From an uncultured delta proteobacterium (lineage in GTDB: Bacteria; Desulfobacterota; Binatia; UBA9968), in NCBI GenBank assembly GCA_963745035.1, contig CAVUVW010000021.1:1-64000 (forward strand): a stretch of 64,000 bases of DNA. Reading direction: 5' to 3'. A program made the translations under genes and the position numbers. Of this stretch, positions 1-8,761 are shown one piece after another. Within the stretch, counting starts at the first letter, position 1, and the number at the start of each line of letters is the position of its first letter. Under the pieces are notes generated by a model. The model did no database searches. It was not told the origin of the DNA and saw nothing but the letters and a program-made list of their open reading frames with translations.

Positions 1-754
1 GCCTTGGCCCATAACTTTCATCGAAAGCACGCCGATGTCTCTTTGCAGCGCAACCGGCAGGGCGGATTGCTCAAAGGCGGGGATCGGCTCCATTTTGCGC
101 TGCGCGATCGGGTTCGCCGATTGCGGCGGCGTTGAGCGACATCATCACGGTATCGAAGTCGTGGCGCCGCAGCGCCTCGGCCATGGCGACGCCGTCGTTG
201 TGGCCGGTGATGCCGATGAAGCGGACCACCCGTTGTGCCTTGAGCTCTTCGATGGCGGCGATCGCGCCGTTCGAGCCGGACATCCTGTCGAGGTCGGCGA
301 CATTGCTGAGGCTATGGATCTGAATCAAGTCGAGGTAGTCGGTTTGCAATAGCTTGAGGCTTGTCTCGATGGAGCGGAGCGCGCCGTCCCGATCTCGCGG
401 GTCGAATTTGGTGGCGAGAAAGATTTCTTTGCGCCGCTTTCTGGAAAATTCGCCGATGCGCTTCTCGCTCAATCTTTCGATGGGTCGTCGCGTGTAAGAA
501 CTCGCGGTGTCGAAGTAGTTCACGCCGAGGGCAAAGGCGCGCTCCAGGAGCGCCTGGGCCTCGTTCTCATCTTGAATGGAGCAGAAGCGGGTGCCGCAGC
601 CAAAGCCGATGCACGAGACCATTTCGTCGGTCTTGCCCAAGCGGCGCTTCGTCAGGGTGGGTGGCACGGCACTCCAAGCTTTGTCGCCGGCGCCAAGTGC
701 AACGGCAGTGACGGTGGTCTTTAGGAACTCGCGGCGTGACCAATGGGTTTTCAT
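1..754 (-). CDS. Tat-exported aldo/keto reductase; runs off the window edge; frameshift near 125
   Basis: SRREFLK twin-arginine signal; AKR motifs IGFG, NYFDTA.SY, LATK, YLDLIQIH. After NAA a shifted frame continues QSANPIAQRKMEPIPAFEQSALPVALQRDIGVLSMKVMGQG, a typical AKR C-terminal segment. Confidence 0.85.
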
Positions 755-1113
755 GATCGCTCCTTCGTGGTCAAGATACGTGTTGAGAGATCATAGTACA
801 GGTTAAGACCGCTTGAATAGCCGGTTTGGTGGCGCGCCGGATTCGGGTTTGTAGCTCCCGCAATCGAGCCTTGCGGACACTCTCCCTAATTAACGGAGCC
901 GTTTGGCGGCTGCTTATTGCTATCGACTGACTTAGATGCTTCGCTTTTACCAGGATGACGAGTTTTCGCGGTCCTTGACTCAAGTTTACAAATTTGATTT
1001 AGGGCTACAGCGCAAGGACCCACAAAGTCGGGCAGCTATGGAGAAGCAGTTTGAAGAGCAGGCGCTATTCCTTTTTGAAAGATCAACCCAGTCGCATGGC
1101 AAAAGGAGGCTCT

Positions 1114-2100
1114 ATGAAGATTTTTAGCGGCTTACGGCTAATGGTGATCCCCGCGCTTGTGATCTTTCCTCTGCTCCTGCCGCAGTCAAGAGCGCTCGGT
1201 TGGGAGCCCACCAAGCCCATCGAATTCGTCATCCCGGCCGGCACCGGCGGCGGCGCCGATCAGATGGCGCGCCTGATGGCCGGCATCAGCGATAAGCACA
1301 AGCTGGCGCCTCGCGCGTTCATCGTCGTCAATAAGTCGGGCGGCGCCGGCGCCGAAGGGTTTCTGCACGTCAAGGAAAAGAAGGGCGACGCCCACACGAT
1401 CATCATCACGTTGTCGAATTTGTTCACGACGCCGCTCGCGACGGGGACGCCGTTTAGCTGGCGCGACTTCACGCCCGTCGCCCGGATGGCGCTCGACCGC
1501 TTTATTCTTTGGGTAAATGCCGAAACGCCTTACAAGAGCGCCAAAGAATATCTGGCCGCGGTGAAGCAAACGCCGGGTATGAAAATGGGCGGCACCGGAT
1601 CCAAACAGGAAGACCAGATCATTACCGTGCTGCTGGAGCAAAGCCAGGGCGTGAAATTCGCTTATGTGCCGTTCAAGGGCGGCGGCGAGGTATGCACGAA
1701 TCTGGTCGGCAAGCACGTCGACTCGACGGTGAACAATCCGGCCGAGTGCGTCAGCAACTGGAAAGCGAACCGGGTGCGCCCCTTGGCGGTTTTCGATCCC
1801 GAACGCATCCCTGACAAGGATTGGACTGAGATCCCGACGATCAAAGAAGCCCTGGGCGCGAATATCTCCTACAACATGCTGCGCGGTATTTTCGCGCCTC
1901 CCGGCATGCCGAAGGACGCCGTGGATTGGTATGTCGGCTTTCTGAAGAAAGTTTTCGATACTAAGGAGTTTCAGGATTACCTGCACACCGGCGCTCTCAA
2001 GGCCGCGTTCGCCTCGGGCAGCGAGTACACCAAGTGGGTCGAGGAGAACGAGAGACTCCATAAGGAGCTGATGGAAAAAGGCGGCTTGATCGCCAAGTAG
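1114..2100 (+). CDS. tctC: Tripartite tricarboxylate transporter substrate-binding protein (TctC/Bug family)
   Basis: Signal peptide; P.KPIEFVIPAGTGGGAD..AR, VNKSGGAG and VPFKGGG motifs; AGGAGG RBS before ATG 1114. Confidence 0.9.
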   Translation: MKIFSGLRLMVIPALVIFPLLLPQSRALGWEPTKPIEFVIPAGTGGGADQMARLMAGISDKHKLAPRAFIVVNKSGGAGAEGFLHVKEKKGDAHTIIITLSNLFTTPLATGTPFSWRDFTPVARMALDRFILWVNAETPYKSAKEYLAAVKQTPGMKMGGTGSKQEDQIITVLLEQSQGVKFAYVPFKGGGEVCTNLVGKHVDSTVNNPAECVSNWKANRVRPLAVFDPERIPDKDWTEIPTIKEALGANISYNMLRGIFAPPGMPKDAVDWYVGFLKKVFDTKEFQDYLHTGALKAAFASGSEYTKWVEENERLHKELMEKGGLIAK

Positions 2101-2101
2101 C

Positions 2102-2581
2102 ATGCGAGCGCTCAACCTGCTCACGGCCGCGGCGCTGGTGCTGCTGAGCGGCGCCGTCATCAAAGACGCTCTGCGGCTCGGCATCGGCTGGGGAAGCGAA
2201 GGGCCGCAGAGCGGATTCTTCCCATTCTGGCTTGCCGCCATTCTTGCGACGGTGAGCCTGCTGTTGATCGTGCATACTCTGCGCAGCCGGTCGGCGGAAC
2301 CTTTTGTCACTAGGGAGCGCTTTGCGCCGGTTCTCAAGGTGCTCGGGCCTCTGACCGGCTTCGTCGTCCTGACGGATCCACCTGGTCCGTGGCCCGGGCT
2401 CGGCCTTTACGTGGCGGCCGGGCTTTATCTCGCCTTCTACATGCGCTGGGTGGGGCGCCATCACTGGGCCACGGTAGCGGTGCTCGCGATCGCCTTTCCG
2501 GTTCTCACCTTCGTCGTCTTCGAAACCTGGTTTCTCGTGCCCATGCCCAAGGGGCCGGTAGAAACGTGGCTCGGGTACTAG
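2102..2581 (+). CDS. tctB: TTT small membrane subunit TctB
   Basis: Small hydrophobic protein with G...GFFP motif and C-terminal F..W..VPMPKG; lies between tctC and tctA. Confidence 0.88.
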   Translation: MRALNLLTAAALVLLSGAVIKDALRLGIGWGSEGPQSGFFPFWLAAILATVSLLLIVHTLRSRSAEPFVTRERFAPVLKVLGPLTGFVVLTDPPGPWPGLGLYVAAGLYLAFYMRWVGRHHWATVAVLAIAFPVLTFVVFETWFLVPMPKGPVETWLGY

Positions 2582-2584
2582 TCC

Positions 2585-4105
2585 GTGGGCATTGAAAATC
2601 TTCTCCTCGGTTTTCAAGTCGCGATCACTCCGTACAATCTTTTCATCGCCGTGGTGGGAGTCCTTCTCGGCACCATCGTCGGGGTGCTGCCGGGGCTCGG
2701 TGGCGCCAATGGCGTCGCGATTCTCCTGCCGCTCACCTTCACCATGCCGCCAACCTCGGCCATCATCCTGCTCACGTGTCTTTATTGGGGCGCGCTCTTC
2801 GGCGGCGCGATCACGTCGGTGCTTTTCAATATTCCCGGCGAGCCGTGGTCGGTGGCGACGACCTTCGACGGTTATCCCATGGCCAGGGACGGCCAGAGCG
2901 GCCAGGCGCTGACGGCCGCGTTTAGCTCTTCGTTTGTCGGCGCTTTGTTTTCGATCGTGCTGATCACATTTTTCGCGCCGCTGCTGGCCGAGGTTGCGCT
3001 CAAGTTCGGGCCGCCGGAGTTTTTCGCCATCCAGCTCCTGACATTTTCGAGTTTCGTCGGCCTCGGCGGCGGGAGCGCGCTCAAGTCGCTGGCCACGATC
3101 CTCATTGGTTTTATGCTCTCGACCGTGGGGCTCGACATCGTGACGGGCCAGCTCAGACTGACTTTCGGCTTTACCGATCTGATGAAGGGCTTCGATTTCA
3201 TCATCGCGGTCATCGGTCTATTCGGCATCGGCGAGATTCTCCTGAGCGTGGAAGAAGGGCTCCGGTTCCAGGGAGCCAAGACGCAAATGAATCTGCGCGT
3301 GGTGCTGGACACCTGGAAAATCTTGCCGCGCTACTACCGCACCTTCGTGCGCGGCTCGATCATCGGTTTCTGGATGGGGTTCAAGCCCGGCGGCGCGACT
3401 CCGGCGTCGTTCATGAGCTATGCATTCGCCAAGCGCTTCTCGAAAAATCCCGAGCGATTCGGCAAGGGTGAAATCGAGGGCATCGTAGCACCGGAGACCG
3501 CCGCTCACGCCGCCGGCGTCGCAGCGATTCTGCCGATGATCACCCTGGGCATCCCCGGCTCGCCGACCGCCGCGGTGATGTTGGGCGGACTTATCATTTG
3601 GGGGCTCCAGCCCGGCCCGATGCTCTTTATCGATAAGCCCGACTTCGTTTGGGGTCTGATCGCCAGCATGTACACGGGCAACGTCATCGGCGTGCTGGTC
3701 GTCTTGGCGTTCGTGCCGTTCTTCGCATCGATCCTGCGCATTCCGTTCGCGATCCTGACGCCGCTCATCGTCGTGATTTGCGCCGTCGGCTCCTACGCGG
3801 TGCACAACAGCATGATCGACATCTGGTACATGCTGATCTTCGGCGTCATCGGCTACGTCTTCAAGAAACTCGACTATCCACTGGCGCCGCTGGTGCTGGC
3901 GCTCGTGCTCGGCGACATGGCCGAAAACTCGCTGCGGCAAAGCCTGATCATGTCTCAGGGTTCACTCGCGATCTTCCTTACCCGGCCGATATCCGGGTTG
4001 ATTACCGCCGTCGCGATCTTCTTTTTTGTCCTGCCTATGTTGACGCCCTGGTGGCGCAAGCTGAGAGGGAAGCCTCAGCGGAGTACCGCGCCGGCGGAGC
4101 TATGA
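2585..4105 (+). CDS. tctA: TTT large membrane subunit TctA
   Basis: GVLPGLG, NIPGEP...ATTFDGYPMA, GPPEFF, APETA and LTLGIPGS-like motifs; 506 aa polytopic protein. Confidence 0.92.
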   Translation: MGIENLLLGFQVAITPYNLFIAVVGVLLGTIVGVLPGLGGANGVAILLPLTFTMPPTSAIILLTCLYWGALFGGAITSVLFNIPGEPWSVATTFDGYPMARDGQSGQALTAAFSSSFVGALFSIVLITFFAPLLAEVALKFGPPEFFAIQLLTFSSFVGLGGGSALKSLATILIGFMLSTVGLDIVTGQLRLTFGFTDLMKGFDFIIAVIGLFGIGEILLSVEEGLRFQGAKTQMNLRVVLDTWKILPRYYRTFVRGSIIGFWMGFKPGGATPASFMSYAFAKRFSKNPERFGKGEIEGIVAPETAAHAAGVAAILPMITLGIPGSPTAAVMLGGLIIWGLQPGPMLFIDKPDFVWGLIASMYTGNVIGVLVVLAFVPFFASILRIPFAILTPLIVVICAVGSYAVHNSMIDIWYMLIFGVIGYVFKKLDYPLAPLVLALVLGDMAENSLRQSLIMSQGSLAIFLTRPISGLITAVAIFFFVLPMLTPWWRKLRGKPQRSTAPAEL

Positions 4106-4120
4106 GCGTTGCGTCCCACC

Positions 4121-4159
4121 TTGACAAGTGGGCGGTTATTAGATAACTGGTCAGACCAG
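4121..4159 (+). promoter_or_regulatory. TTGACA -35 element followed by a perfect palindrome CTGGTC-A-GACCAG (FadR-subfamily operator)
   Basis: TTGACA at 4121-4126; inverted repeat at 4147-4159 fits the TGGT-N5-ACCA pattern of FadR/GlcC/LldR-type sites, 20 bp upstream of the GntR gene. The -10 element is unclear. Confidence 0.65.
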
Positions 4160-4179
4160 CAGACAGCTGGACCTATCTC

Positions 4180-4927
4180 ATGCTTCACGCCATCAAAAAA
4201 ACCCGGATTCACGAGGAAGTGTTCAGACCAGATCCATGAACTGATCAAGGAGGGCAAGATTCAAAGCCCGAGATCAGCTCCCGTCCGAGCGCGAGCTGGC
4301 CGAAACTTTCAAGGTCAGCCGGACCTCCGTTCGCGAGGCGCTCCGCGCTTTGGAAAGTCCCAGGGGCTCATCGTGAGCCGAACCGGCATGGGTAACTTCG
4401 TCGCGGACTTGCCCGTCGAGTCGTTGGTGGGACCGCTGGCAAGAATGCTGATCGACGAGAAAAAGGCATTGGCGGACGTTTTCGAGATGCGCAAGCTCAT
4501 TGAACCGCATATCGCGGCGTTGGCCGCCGAGCGCGCCACCGAGAGAGATATCGCCGGATTGAAGCGAATCGTCGCTAAACAGGTGGACGCCGTTAACCGC
4601 GGCGAAACCGGCGTCGAAGCCGATGCTGAATTGCATCTCACCATCGGACGGGCAACACAAAACCAGGCACTGCAAAGACTGGTGTCAGGCTTGATGGAGA
4701 TACTGAGCCGCAGCCGTGAGGAATCATTGCAGACCGACGAGCGGCGAGAAGCCTCCATCGACGCGCACCGAAGAATTATCGCCGCCATCGAAAAGCACGA
4801 CAAGACAAGAGCGCGCAGTGAAATGCTGCGCCATATCGAGCAGGTCGAAGAAAGTGTGCTGTCGTCATCCAACCGCCCGGCAAAAAAAGACAGTCAAAAT
4901 CTTGCCAAAGAGAGGAGGATTTCATGA
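4180..4927 (+). CDS. FadR/GntR-family transcriptional regulator (about three indels in the 5' part)
   Basis: Joining frames gives MLHAIKKTRIHEEVF.DQIHELIKEG...DQLPSERELAETFKVSRTSVREALRALE.QGLI (GntR wHTH), then an FCD domain (E.R..IEP, D..LH..I..AT.N, H..I..AI...D). Confidence 0.88.
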
Positions 4928-6123
4928 TCAAGCGCGTCGAGGTCAACTATCGAGGCATCTTTCAGAAGAACCTCGGCAAAAAAATCGGCAGCGACATCGT
5001 CATGATCGCCAGCCGGATGGGCCAGAAAGCTTTTTCCAACGGGCGGTACAGCGATTCTCCGGAAAGAAACGGTATCCCTTGCAAATATTTCGCCTTCGTT
5101 TCTCCCGATCTCGCCGAGGAGGAATTGGAGGCGGAATGCGGCGCTAAGCTCGAGATCGATGAAGCCAACATCTCCATCGTCTTGGACGACACGATGTGCA
5201 AGGGTGTCGAGCCGTGGGGATGGCACGGTATCCGCCCGATCAATGAACGGGTGGTCAAGGACGGCTGTCTCCTGGTGGTGTCCAAGAAAACACCGGAAGA
5301 GCTGTTAAAATTCATCGGCAAGAAGCCGTACAACTATCGCATTGCAATACTCGACGGCGACGCCAGTCTCGCCGGCCTTTGGGTCAACAAGGATGACATG
5401 ACCCATGAGCACATCTTGGGCGGCATCGCGGCCATCGATCCGACACTCATCAGCATCGAGGCGGTTGAAGCTTATCTGATGGACAAGACAAAGCAGAAGC
5501 ACCGTGTTGAAGCCGCGCGCGCGGCATTCGAGTCGCTCAGACAGGAGGCTAAGCCTCCTAGGGTAACGACCGTGACACCAGAAGACGGAATTGTGTGGAT
5601 GCATGAGATACCCGTGCTGCCCAAGTGGTTCGAGATGCAAGAGGGAGCTGTAGTTCCGGCTGTGAAGCGCGGTTTCGAAATGGGCCCGAGGGGACAAAAC
5701 AGAAACCCCGGCTTCAAGCGCGGCACGACCAAGACGCAGAGACCCGCGGTCAGATTCGATCTCTGCACCAAGTGCACGCTCTGCTGGGTCGAGTGCCCGG
5801 ACGAGTGTTTCGATCCAACCACGGACGGCTTATACGACATCGACTATCAGTACTGCGTCGGCTGCGGCAAATGCGCTCAAGTATGTCCGGTCAAAGAATG
5901 CATCGTCATGGTGGATGAGCTCCAATTCAAGGACGACTCGAGTCCGTGGGAACACTGGAAAAGGGATTCCAACGACTACATTCAGTGGGTAGAGGACAAA
6001 AAGGGCAAAGACCGGGTTTCTTACCCCTTCGTCACCGGCAAGGGTTTGACCGTTACTCAGGGAGATGTGATGCCTGAGGGCAAGATAGTGCCCGTGAGAA
6101 AAACCGAGGAGGTCGAAGTATGA
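4924..6123 (+). CDS. 2-oxoacid:ferredoxin oxidoreductase gamma+delta fusion, OOR delta-like
   Basis: N-terminal gamma-like domain (Y.DSPER.G.P); two CxxCxxCxxxCP ferredoxin motifs; ELQFKD resembles the end of Moorella OOR delta (from memory); ATGA overlap with the regulator. Confidence 0.85.
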   Translation: MIKRVEVNYRGIFQKNLGKKIGSDIVMIASRMGQKAFSNGRYSDSPERNGIPCKYFAFVSPDLAEEELEAECGAKLEIDEANISIVLDDTMCKGVEPWGWHGIRPINERVVKDGCLLVVSKKTPEELLKFIGKKPYNYRIAILDGDASLAGLWVNKDDMTHEHILGGIAAIDPTLISIEAVEAYLMDKTKQKHRVEAARAAFESLRQEAKPPRVTTVTPEDGIVWMHEIPVLPKWFEMQEGAVVPAVKRGFEMGPRGQNRNPGFKRGTTKTQRPAVRFDLCTKCTLCWVECPDECFDPTTDGLYDIDYQYCVGCGKCAQVCPVKECIVMVDELQFKDDSSPWEHWKRDSNDYIQWVEDKKGKDRVSYPFVTGKGLTVTQGDVMPEGKIVPVRKTEEVEV

Positions 6124-7361
6124 GTGTCGCACTCGCAACAGCCAAATCAGATCAATCAGGGGTATACGAACGAGAAGATCTCTTAAACGGCTGCCAGGCC
6201 GTCGCCCAAGGTGTGTGTCTCGCCGACGTGGACGTGATCGCCGCTTATCCGATACGTCCCTACACCGAAGTGATGGACGCCCTCTCGAAGCTGATCGCTG
6301 ACGGGAAATTCGACGCCGAGTATATCATCGCCGACAGCGAGCATTCCCAGTTCGAGATCGTCAAGCACGCCAGCTCGGTGAACGCGCGCGCCTTCGGCGG
6401 TTCGAGCGGCACGGGCTGGATGTACGGTATGGAAGCGCTGGTCGTTACCGCGACCGACCGTCTTCCGCCTCTTTTCGTGGTCGGCAACCGCGCTTTGGAT
6501 GATCCCGGCGCTTTCGGCGTCGAGCACAACGACGCGATGTCGGTCCGCGACATGGGCTGGCTTCTCTGCTGGGTCACAACGCCGCAGGAGGCGCTCGAGC
6601 ACGTGCTGATCGGCTACCGCATCGCCGAGGACAAGACAGTCAGGATGCCGATGGGATTGGCGATGGACGGCGCCTTTCTCACCCACTCGCAACACATGGT
6701 CAAAATCCCATCGGTGGAGGCGGCGAAGAAATTCCTGCCGCAGTACGATCTCGCCGAGCGCCGGCTCCATCCCGACAACCCGATCTCGGTCGCGCCGCAG
6801 GCCAACGAGGATTGGGTCATGGAGATCCGCAGGCAAAATTGGGAAGCCGCCAAGCGCGCGCGCGGTGTCATCAAGGATGCTTATAAAGAATTCAACGATA
6901 TTTTCGGCGATCGCTACGCCGCGCCTTACTATTTCGACGAGTTCATGACCGAGGACGCGGAAGCGGTCCTGATCGGCGTTGGTACGGTGGCGGCTCCGGC
7001 GCGCACGGCGGTCAGGCGCTTGCGCGAGAAGGGACAGAAAGTCGGCTACGTGAACCTGCGCTGGTTCCGGCCATTCCCGACGGTGGAGCTGCGCGAGTCC
7101 CTGAGCCGCTTTAAAGCGGTCGGCGTCGTCGATCGGGACTTCGCTCACGGCTCGCCCGACAATTGCGGCATCTTGATGCACGAAGTCCGATCCTGCCTCT
7201 ATCCGGCGAAGAACCGGCCCGCAATCGTCAATTTCATGGGTGGTTTGGGCGGGCGCGATCTGTCGATTGCCGACGCTCAGAAGATGTTCGAAATCACCCA
7301 ACAGGCGGCGAAGAAAGATTCCCTGGATGAATACGTAACCTGGATCGGCCTAAGAGAGTAA
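6120..7361 (+). CDS. 2-oxoacid:ferredoxin oxidoreductase alpha subunit, OOR-like
   Basis: GC.AVA.GV.LADVDVI..YPIRPYT (YPIRP rather than PFOR YPITP), SEH, TPQEAL, RWFRPFP, GGLGG. Confidence 0.88.
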   Translation: MSVALATAKSDQSGVYEREDLLNGCQAVAQGVCLADVDVIAAYPIRPYTEVMDALSKLIADGKFDAEYIIADSEHSQFEIVKHASSVNARAFGGSSGTGWMYGMEALVVTATDRLPPLFVVGNRALDDPGAFGVEHNDAMSVRDMGWLLCWVTTPQEALEHVLIGYRIAEDKTVRMPMGLAMDGAFLTHSQHMVKIPSVEAAKKFLPQYDLAERRLHPDNPISVAPQANEDWVMEIRRQNWEAAKRARGVIKDAYKEFNDIFGDRYAAPYYFDEFMTEDAEAVLIGVGTVAAPARTAVRRLREKGQKVGYVNLRWFRPFPTVELRESLSRFKAVGVVDRDFAHGSPDNCGILMHEVRSCLYPAKNRPAIVNFMGGLGGRDLSIADAQKMFEITQQAAKKDSLDEYVTWIGLRE

Positions 7362-7376
7362 ATAGGAGAAACCATT

Positions 7377-8372
7377 ATGTCGACTGTACCGACAATCGAT
7401 TACGAAAAGGTCAAAGGCGTTCACAAAATTCCCCTGGAAGAGCTCTATACTTCCGGCCATCGTACCTGCCAGGGCTGCGAGTCGGCGACGACCATGCGCG
7501 GCTTCATCAAGGTTGCGGGTTCGCGCTCGGTGGTCACGGGAGCGACCGGTTGCATGTACGTGGCCAACACTTCGTACATGACCACGCCGTGGATCGTGCC
7601 GTGGATGCACACGCAGCTCGGCGCCGGCGGCTCTTCGGCCGTGGGCATGGCTGCGGGCCTGCGAGCGCTCAAGCGCAAGGGCAAGATCAAAGACGAGAAG
7701 ATCAACGTCATCAACTTCTCCGGTGATCTCGGCGCCGGCGATATGGGCATCGGCGGCATCTCCGCGGCGTTGCAGAGCGATTACGACTTGCTGATTATCA
7801 TGTACGACAACGAATCGGCCGCCAATACCGATATCCAAGCAACAGGCTCGACGACTTACGGCGCGCAGACGACCTTCACGCCGCCGGGGACCAAGCATCC
7901 GATCATGCAGAGGCGCTGGAAGAAAAACGTTGCCGGCATGCTGGCCGTCGGCCATCCGACCTGCCGTTACGTTGCCACTGCCTGCGCCACCTTTCCGCCC
8001 ACGGATTATCTAAACAAGGTCCAAAAGGCGCTCGCCATCGGCGGCCCGACCTTCATCCACACCTACGATCCCTGTCCAAAGGGGTGGGACTATCATCCCC
8101 GCTACTCGAACGAGCTTGGCGAGTTGGGAATCAAATGCGGGATCTATCCGCTCTACGAGGTCGTGGACGGCAACGTCATTTACACCTGGGACGCGCGCAA
8201 GACGGGCAAAGGCCGCATTCCGGTCAAGGAGTTTATCTCCAAACAAGGGCGCTTCGATCATTTGAAAGAAGAACACTACGCGCATATTCAAAACATGGTC
8301 GATCAAATGTGGGAAGAATGGCAGATCCCCGGTGTCGCGCCATTGCGAGGGATTCTGAAGGCTAGGATTTAG
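7377..8372 (+). CDS. 2-oxoacid:ferredoxin oxidoreductase beta subunit, OOR-like
   Basis: GHRTCQGC, TGCMYVANTSY, ThDP motif GD.G...YDNES, TTFTPPG, GHP..YVATA, PCPKGW. Confidence 0.88.
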   Translation: MSTVPTIDYEKVKGVHKIPLEELYTSGHRTCQGCESATTMRGFIKVAGSRSVVTGATGCMYVANTSYMTTPWIVPWMHTQLGAGGSSAVGMAAGLRALKRKGKIKDEKINVINFSGDLGAGDMGIGGISAALQSDYDLLIIMYDNESAANTDIQATGSTTYGAQTTFTPPGTKHPIMQRRWKKNVAGMLAVGHPTCRYVATACATFPPTDYLNKVQKALAIGGPTFIHTYDPCPKGWDYHPRYSNELGELGIKCGIYPLYEVVDGNVIYTWDARKTGKGRIPVKEFISKQGRFDHLKEEHYAHIQNMVDQMWEEWQIPGVAPLRGILKARI

Positions 8373-8389
8373 CCTATAAATAAATTGTC

Positions 8390-8424
8390 CACGGAATCCG
8401 CGGGAAAAGCCGGCGGATTCCGTG
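8390..8424 (+). terminator. Stem-loop after the oxidoreductase operon
   Basis: CACGGAATCCGC ... GCGGATTCCGTG 12-bp stem; no U-tract. Confidence 0.45.
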
Positions 8425-8761
8425 TAACCTTGCCGGGAATCCCACTGACTCCTTCGGCGAAGCTTGGCGAGATCTGACGATCGGTTCAGGAGTGCGCCTT
8501 GAGCGCCTAGTCGGGATTTTGTATGGTGAGCAGAATAACGAGGCTTAAGAGTCCAGTAATAGAGCTAACTCGGTGAAGGAAAGCGTTGTTTGCCTAGCAT
8601 CCTGCCGGTAAAGCCACCTGATCTCGTTTTCAGCCTCTAAGCGGGAAAGATCGCGCTACGCTGGAGAGCTACGCGCGCTACCATGTCGCTACATTGGGAA
8701 GCCCTCCCGATAAGCGGCTATAATAACTAGAGTTACGGATCTTCGAATCAGGGAGGGACTT

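Noticed and set aside
903-921. Possible sigma54 promoter TGGCGG...TTGC upstream of tctC
   Set aside because: Seven bases separate the elements instead of the required five.
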